A DNA stretch of 64,000 nucleotides, from assembly GCA_965223005.1 (NCBI GenBank), contig CBDCVK010000010.1, positions 832,001 through 896,000 on the forward strand, in the 5' to 3' direction. The notes below the pieces were generated by a model that was not told where the DNA came from, searched no databases, and saw only the letters and a program-made list of their open reading frames with translations. Every line of letters starts with the position of its first letter. Position 1 is the first letter of the stretch. Both the position numbers and the translations under genes were made by a program. Of this stretch, positions 58,503 through 64,000 are shown one piece after another. This DNA comes from Terriglobia bacterium (GTDB lineage Bacteria; Acidobacteriota; Terriglobia; JAJPHL01; JAPKYU01).

Positions 58503-58567
58503 CCGCCGGAGTAGCCACAAAGAAACTGGAGAGCTGTTGCGCGACTCTTGCGCTGCCGGTCGTACCC

Positions 58568-59485
58568 ATGCGAACGCTCGTGGAATGCGTGCCTAATTTC
58601 AGCGAGGGGCGTGAGGTGGCCAAGGTGCAGGCCATCGCGGAGGCAATCCGCAGCGTGGACGGCGTCTACGTCTTGCGATGCGAAATGGATGCAGACCACA
58701 ACCGCTCGGTGATCACCTTTGTGGGCAGCCCGGAGAGCGTGGGGGAAGCTGCGGTGCGAGGCGTGGCCCGGGCCGTCGAGGTGATTGACCTAAACCAGCA
58801 CCGCGGCGCACACCCGCGCCTGGGTGCGGCCGATGTGGTGCCCTTCGTGCCGGTCGAGAGCGTCACGCTCGCGGACTGCGTGGCGCTGGCCCACCGGGTG
58901 GGCCAACAAATCTGGGAGCAACTCGGCGTCCCCGTGTACCTCTACGAGGCGGCAGCCACGCGCCCTGAGCGCCGCAACCTGGAGAACATCCGGCGCGGGG
59001 AGTTCGAATGTCTTCGCCAGGAGATCGCCGCCAGCGAAGAACGCCGTCCGGATTTCGGCGAGCCGCGCATGCATCCCACCGCCGGCGCCACCGTCGTCGG
59101 CGCGCGAAAGTTCCTGATCGCCTACAACATTGTCTTGAACACTGCCGATGTCCAGGTGGCTAAGAAAGTGGCCCGGGCAGTTCGCGCCTCCAGCGGCGGC
59201 CTGCCCTCCGTAAAGGCCATGGGAGTGGAACTCAAGTCGCGCACTCTCGCACAGGTTTCCATGAATCTCACCGATTTTGAGCAAACGCCCATTCACCGCG
59301 TCTTCCAGGCCGTGGAGAGCGAGGCAGCACGTTGCGGCGCGGCGGTGGTCGACAGCGAGATTGTCGGCCTCATCCCCAAGAAGGCCCTGCAGCCGGCCGC
59401 TGCGGCGTCCCTGAAAATTGCCAATTTCGACCCTCAGCTCATTCTGGAAAATCGATTGGCCGCTGTGCTGGAAGGCGAAACCTAG
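58568..59485 (+). CDS. ftcD: Glutamate formimidoyltransferase (transferase domain only)
   Basis: VECVPNFSEGR, DADHNRSV, HRGAHPRLGAADVVPFVP, QVSMNL. Confidence 0.9.
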   Translation: MRTLVECVPNFSEGREVAKVQAIAEAIRSVDGVYVLRCEMDADHNRSVITFVGSPESVGEAAVRGVARAVEVIDLNQHRGAHPRLGAADVVPFVPVESVTLADCVALAHRVGQQIWEQLGVPVYLYEAAATRPERRNLENIRRGEFECLRQEIAASEERRPDFGEPRMHPTAGATVVGARKFLIAYNIVLNTADVQVAKKVARAVRASSGGLPSVKAMGVELKSRTLAQVSMNLTDFEQTPIHRVFQAVESEAARCGAAVVDSEIVGLIPKKALQPAAAASLKIANFDPQLILENRLAAVLEGET

Positions 59486-59503
59486 TGTTCACTCTGTGAC
59501 GAC

Positions 59504-60620
59504 TTATGCGGGCTTGCTGCTGGTGCCGGGGCGGCGGGCCAGCAGGTAGGCGCGGACTAACGGCTCCAGGCCCCCGTCCAGGACACGATCCACGTCGCCA
59601 ATCTCCACCCTGGTGCGGAGATCCTTGACCATCCGGTAAGGCGCCAGCACATAGGAGCGGATCTGGCTGCCGAAGTTAATATCCAGCTTGGAATCCTCCA
59701 CTCGCCGCGCTTCCTCGCGCTTCTTCTCCAGTTCCAGTTCATAGAGGCGCGAGCGTAGAATCTTCATGGCCACGTCGCGGTTTTTGTGCTGGGAGCGTTC
59801 ATTCTGGCACTGCACGACGGTGCTCGTGGGCAGGTGGGTGATGCGCACCGCCGAGTAGGTGGTGTTCACTCCCTGGCCACCGGGGCCGGAGGAGCAAAAG
59901 GTGTCAATGCGCAACTCCTCTTCGCGGATGTTCACCTGAATGGTGTCGTCAATTTCCGGCGAGACAAACACCGACGCAAAGGAGGTGTGACGTCGCGCTG
60001 CCTGGTCAAAGGGAGAGATGCGGACCAGGCGATGCACGCCGATCTCGGACTGCAACAGCCCGTAGGCGTAGTCACCTGTGACAGTGAAGGTGGCCGACTT
60101 GATCCCAGCTTCCTCACCGGCCTGCAGGTCGTTCACGGCGGTCTGGAAGCCCTGCCGCTCGGCCCAGCGCAGGTACATGCGGAGCAGCATCTGGGCCCAA
60201 TCCTGCGACTCGGTGCCGCCCGCCCCGGGATGGATGGTGACGATGGCGTTGCGGGCGTCGTGCTCCCCGCCCAGCAGGACACGCGTCTCCAGGCGGTCCA
60301 CTTCCCCCTGCAGCCGCTCAAGTTCCCGATGCAACTCGCCAGAGACATCCTCACCCTCGCGCGCCAGCTCGAAGAACGTGTCCAGGTCGGAGAGGCGGCG
60401 GGCCAGCTCGCGGTCCGTTTCCACTACGTCGGTCAGGCGCTTCCGCACCTGCATGACTTTCTGGGATTGTTCCGGGTTCTGCCAGAACTCAGGGCGGGAA
60501 ATCCGCTGCTCGATTTCGGCTAACTCTTTGCTGCGCGCCGGAGTGTCAAAGAAAGCTCCGCACGTCGCGGATTTTCTCCTTCAGCGTGTCGTAGTTGCGT
60601 TGCAATTCTTCCATCATCAT
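59504..60620 (-). CDS. prfB: Peptide chain release factor 2 with programmed +1 frameshift
   Basis: MMMEELQRNYDTLKEKIRDVRSFL then +1 into DTPARSKEL...FWQNPE; SPF and GGQ motifs. Confidence 0.95.
60545..60560 (-). promoter_or_regulatory. prfB autoregulatory frameshift site
   Basis: Minus strand reads CGGAGC-TTT-CTT-TGA-C: internal SD-like sequence plus slippery CTT and TGA stop. Confidence 0.9.
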
Positions 60621-62149
60621 GAAGCACCTCCAGCTTTCTCAGGCGCACGGCCCTTCCGCAACCGCCCGGCCCTCACCAGCAGGACCAGGGCAGCCGCAGC
60701 CGCCAGCACCGGGAACCAGTGGCCAAAGGCCACGTAGGGCGTCCGGCCCCCCAAATAACCAAACTTACCGGTGAAGGCAGCCCGCTGGTCCAGGGGAAAG
60801 GTCTGCAGCCGGCCGTAGGGATCTACGATCGCCGTAATCCCCGTGTTGGTGGCCCGCAGCAACCAGCGGCCGTTCTCAATTGCCCGCAGCCGCGACATCA
60901 ACAGCAACTGGTGGCGCGCCGCCGAATCCCCGTACCAGCTGTCGTTCGAGAGATTCACCAGCAGTTCGGCGCCGCCGGCGCTGAACTGCCGCACCAAGTC
61001 CGGGAAAATGCCCTCGTAGCAAATCAGCGCGGCCACCGGGTGTCGGTCGCCCAGCGGCACTGGCCGCGTGCCCGGCACAAAGTCCCCCACCTCGGCGGTG
61101 AGCTTGCCCGCAAAGAAGAACAGATTCCTCAGCGGAACGTACTCGCCGAAAGGGACCAGATGAATTTTATCATACCGGCCGAGGAACTCGCCGGCCGGGC
61201 TGATCAGCGCGGCGGAATTCAGCGGTTCTTTCCGTTCGGCGTCGGCAAAAGCAACGACGTTAACCAGATGATGGCTCTGTGTGAGGCGGGCCAGGTGATG
61301 CAGGCGCGCCCGAAGCAACGGGTCATCGTGGTAGTAAAACGAGGCCGGAATTTCTGGCCAGATCACCAGGCCGGAGCGCGATTGGTTGCGCGCGTAGGCC
61401 GCCAGGACGCGGACTTCCAGGTCCGCGAACAGTTTGTAAACCGACGCCACAGTCCATTCTTCGGCCAGCGAGGCCTGGGCCTGGACCAGGTAGGCCGTCT
61501 CCGGCGCCTCTGGCGTGGGCAGCAGGGTGCCTCCTAAAGATGCGCCGGCCAGCACAAAAAAGGCTGCCGCCAGCGCCATGCCTCGCCGCCGGGTTGGCTT
61601 GCGTATCAGCAGAAGGATGCCGGTATTGAAGAGCACCACCACAAACGACAGCAGGTAGACGCCGCCCAGCCGCGCCAGTTGTGCAGGCAACAAGTGTTCG
61701 GCCAGCGCGTAGCCCAGCAGCAACCAGGGGAAACCTGTGAACAGGTGCGCCCGCAGAAGTTCTATGCCCACCCACAGTGCCGGCAGGCCCCACAGGATAT
61801 ACCTCTCCGGCAGAGCCAGCAGCAGACGGGCCAGCGCAGCGAACGCACCGAAGAAGCAGGCCAGCACGGCCACAAACACCAGCAAAACTCCGGCGGCGGC
61901 CGCCTGGCCCAGTCCCCCGTACTCGAGCATCACCAAGCGAACCCAGTAGATCGTGCCACCGAAGAACACGGCGCCGCAGAGGTAGCCCAGGCCAAAAGCC
62001 GTGCGCACACCGGTGGCGCGCTCGAGGACGAGCAGCAGCGGCACCAGCGCAACCCACGCCAGGAACCCCAGATTCCATTTCGGGAACGCTGCCACCAGCA
62101 GCAAGCCGCTGGCAACGCTCAGGAACCAGGGACGCAGACGGATCGGCAC
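60617..62149 (-). CDS. lnt: Apolipoprotein N-acyltransferase
   Basis: GFPWLLLGY, IWPE, YDKIHLVPFGEY, ICYE, NDSWYG, RAIE, RATNTGIT. Confidence 0.95.
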   Translation of the reverse strand: MPIRLRPWFLSVASGLLLVAAFPKWNLGFLAWVALVPLLLVLERATGVRTAFGLGYLCGAVFFGGTIYWVRLVMLEYGGLGQAAAAGVLLVFVAVLACFFGAFAALARLLLALPERYILWGLPALWVGIELLRAHLFTGFPWLLLGYALAEHLLPAQLARLGGVYLLSFVVVLFNTGILLLIRKPTRRRGMALAAAFFVLAGASLGGTLLPTPEAPETAYLVQAQASLAEEWTVASVYKLFADLEVRVLAAYARNQSRSGLVIWPEIPASFYYHDDPLLRARLHHLARLTQSHHLVNVVAFADAERKEPLNSAALISPAGEFLGRYDKIHLVPFGEYVPLRNLFFFAGKLTAEVGDFVPGTRPVPLGDRHPVAALICYEGIFPDLVRQFSAGGAELLVNLSNDSWYGDSAARHQLLLMSRLRAIENGRWLLRATNTGITAIVDPYGRLQTFPLDQRAAFTGKFGYLGGRTPYVAFGHWFPVLAAAAALVLLVRAGRLRKGRAPEKAGGAS

Positions 62150-62280
62150 CGGTGGCCTCCTCAGGATCGGTGGACTAGGCGGATCTTGCGGATTCTGACA
62201 TGCTCGGAAGCAGTCCCGCGAGTTTTGATTTTATCTGGATCAGCAAGGGACAGCTTGCTCAATTCACCACTAGGATCTGG

Positions 62281-63171
62281 TTAATTGTCAGACCCGCCCA
62301 GTGGTGCTCTTGCTTCAAAGGAATCAAGAACCTGGTCGGCCATGTAAGAACTGCGCACCAGCGGGCCGCTGAAGACGGCCCGGAAGCCCAGTGAAAGACC
62401 GTAGTCGCGGTAGTCGGTGAACGTTTCCGGAGGCAAGTATTCGACCACCGGCAGGTTCCGGCGGGTCGGCTGAAGGTACTGGCCAATGGTGACCACGTCG
62501 CAATCCACGGCGCGCAGGTCATCGAGCAGTTGCTTCACTTCCTCATGCGACTCTCCCAGCCCCAGCATGAAGCCGGACTTGGTCAGCATCTCAGGCGCCA
62601 GCCGTCGGACGGCGGCCAGTAGCTGCAGGGAGCGCTGGTAGTCGGCCTGCGGCCGAACCCGGCAATAGAGGCGCGCCACCGTTTCCATGTTGTGGTTGTA
62701 AACATGGGGGCCGGCGGCCACCACCCTCGCCAGTGCCTCCGGGTTGCCGCAGAAATCCGGCGTCAGCACTTCCACTCGCGCCGACGTCAGCCGCCGGCGC
62801 AAGGCGCAGATGGTGGCGGCCCAATGGGTGGCGCCGCCATCGGGCAGCTCGTCGCGGTTGACGCTGGTGATGACCACGTAGCGCAGGCCCATGCTGGCCG
62901 CCATGCGCGCCACGTTTTCCGGTTCCTCGGGGTCCAGCGCCTCCGGCCGCCCTCGTGGCACCGCGCAGAAGCCGCAACTGCGCGTGCAGGTGTTGCCCAG
63001 AATCATGAAGGTAGCCGAGCCGCGGGCAAAGCATTCATGGAGGTTGGGACACCGAGCCGACTCGCAGACCGTGTGCAGGCGGTGCCGGCGGAGTCCAGCT
63101 TTAAGCTGGTGTAGAGCTATCCAGTTGGTTTGAGGATTTCGGACCCAATCCGGGAGTCGCCCGGCCATCAT
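62281..63171 (-). CDS. lipA: Lipoyl synthase
   Basis: CESARCPNLHEC, CTRSCGFC, HNMETV, GQYLQP, VRSSY. Confidence 0.95.
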   Translation of the reverse strand: MMAGRLPDWVRNPQTNWIALHQLKAGLRRHRLHTVCESARCPNLHECFARGSATFMILGNTCTRSCGFCAVPRGRPEALDPEEPENVARMAASMGLRYVVITSVNRDELPDGGATHWAATICALRRRLTSARVEVLTPDFCGNPEALARVVAAGPHVYNHNMETVARLYCRVRPQADYQRSLQLLAAVRRLAPEMLTKSGFMLGLGESHEEVKQLLDDLRAVDCDVVTIGQYLQPTRRNLPVVEYLPPETFTDYRDYGLSLGFRAVFSGPLVRSSYMADQVLDSFEARAPLGGSDN

Positions 63172-63184
63172 TCTCTTGATGCCA

Positions 63185-63751
63185 TCATTTCTTCGTGATG
63201 GTCTTGAAGCCTTCCCGTTGCAAACGCTGCTTCGCCCGCTCGACCCCGCTGTCTGAAGTGAACGGACCCACTTGCACGCGATACAGGCGGTCGGCTTGCG
63301 AGGTGACCAGAACCACCGAGAACCCCTTGCCCATCAACAGGCTGAGCAGCGCTTCTGCGTCCTGCTTCTTGCTGAGGGCAGCCACCTGGAGGTGGACAGC
63401 CGGCCCTGTCGTAACTGCAGCAGCGGGACGAGTGCTCGACCGGGTCTGCAACCTGGCCGGGGATCCCTTCTGCTCCAGCGCCTGCTGGAAATTCAACTCA
63501 GAGGCCGGAAGGGCAGAAGCCGCCTGGACATTCGTCGGGTCAGCAGCGCCAGCCGGAGCGAGGGCGCTGCTCTCTCCTGGAACGGGCGTCACGCCTGCTC
63601 CAGCAGGCCCAATATAGCCTGTCGTGTTCTTCCCCACGATGTAGCCGAGAGCGAAGAATACCGCGCACAAGACGACCACGGCGAAGAAGATGATTGTGAT
63701 TTGGCGGTTTTCCAGTAAGACGTCGTATTGCCCCTGCGCTCCTGTACGCAT
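63185..63751 (-). CDS. SPOR domain protein (DedD/FtsN-like)
   Basis: N-terminal TM (FFALGYIVG); C-terminal LQVAA...YRVQVGPF. Confidence 0.85.
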   Translation of the reverse strand: MRTGAQGQYDVLLENRQITIIFFAVVVLCAVFFALGYIVGKNTTGYIGPAGAGVTPVPGESSALAPAGAADPTNVQAASALPASELNFQQALEQKGSPARLQTRSSTRPAAAVTTGPAVHLQVAALSKKQDAEALLSLLMGKGFSVVLVTSQADRLYRVQVGPFTSDSGVERAKQRLQREGFKTITKK

Positions 63752-63891
63752 GACCGTATTCTACTCGTAATCCTGCGAGAGAGACCTGGGTGGCCCGGTC
63801 ACCAGAAAGGCACATTGCAACGTGCTTCTTGGCGGGCTTCTTGGAATGCAGAGCGGGAATTCCAACCCCCGCATTCCACCGTGCGCACCTG

Positions 63892-64000
63892 CTAGGTGCC
63901 GCTGCTCTCCTTGTTCTTCCCCTGGAAAGCGGCCAGAATATCTACCGGCAGGGGGAAAACAATCGTGGTGTTTTGCTCCACGCCGATTTCGGTGAGCGTC
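63892..64000 (-). CDS. C-terminus of an SPFH/stomatin (slipin) family protein, partial at window edge
   Basis: Minus strand reads TLTEIGVEQNTTIVFPLPVDIL...GT-stop. Confidence 0.75.
   Translation of the reverse strand, partial: TLTEIGVEQNTTIVFPLPVDILAAFQGKNKESSGT

Overview
GC-rich bacterial chromosomal window, most consistent with Acidobacteriota (two TIGR03437-type C-terminal domain proteins, an acidobacterial VWFA-related protein, a carboxypeptidase-regulatory-domain TonB receptor). Core blocks are lpdA-lipB-E2 (2.6-6.2 kb), rimP-nusA-infB-DUF503-rbfA followed by hutU-ftcD (51-59.5 kb), and SPOR-lipA-lnt-prfB with the canonical CTT-TGA-C +1 frameshift (59.5-64 kb). Between them lies a mosaic accessory region containing a REC-PilZ-coiled-coil gene split by an in-frame TAG, a frameshifted BACON/TIGR03437 surface protein and tRNA-Arg(CCT) with a 22-bp dyad repeat array just upstream. 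It also holds a partly deleted module (exported caspase-like C14-TPR protease, TonB-dependent receptor, FecR/DUF928-like protein), an orphan EhpF/EhpG-like acid-activating/reducing pair with an amidase and a ThDP enzyme, and an Egt1-like egtB-egtD pair. Many deletion scars and short tandem duplications at gene boundaries suggest active local rearrangement or assembly error. No CRISPR, rRNA, integrase or intact transposase was seen. All calls come from motif recognition by eye; no database searches were run.
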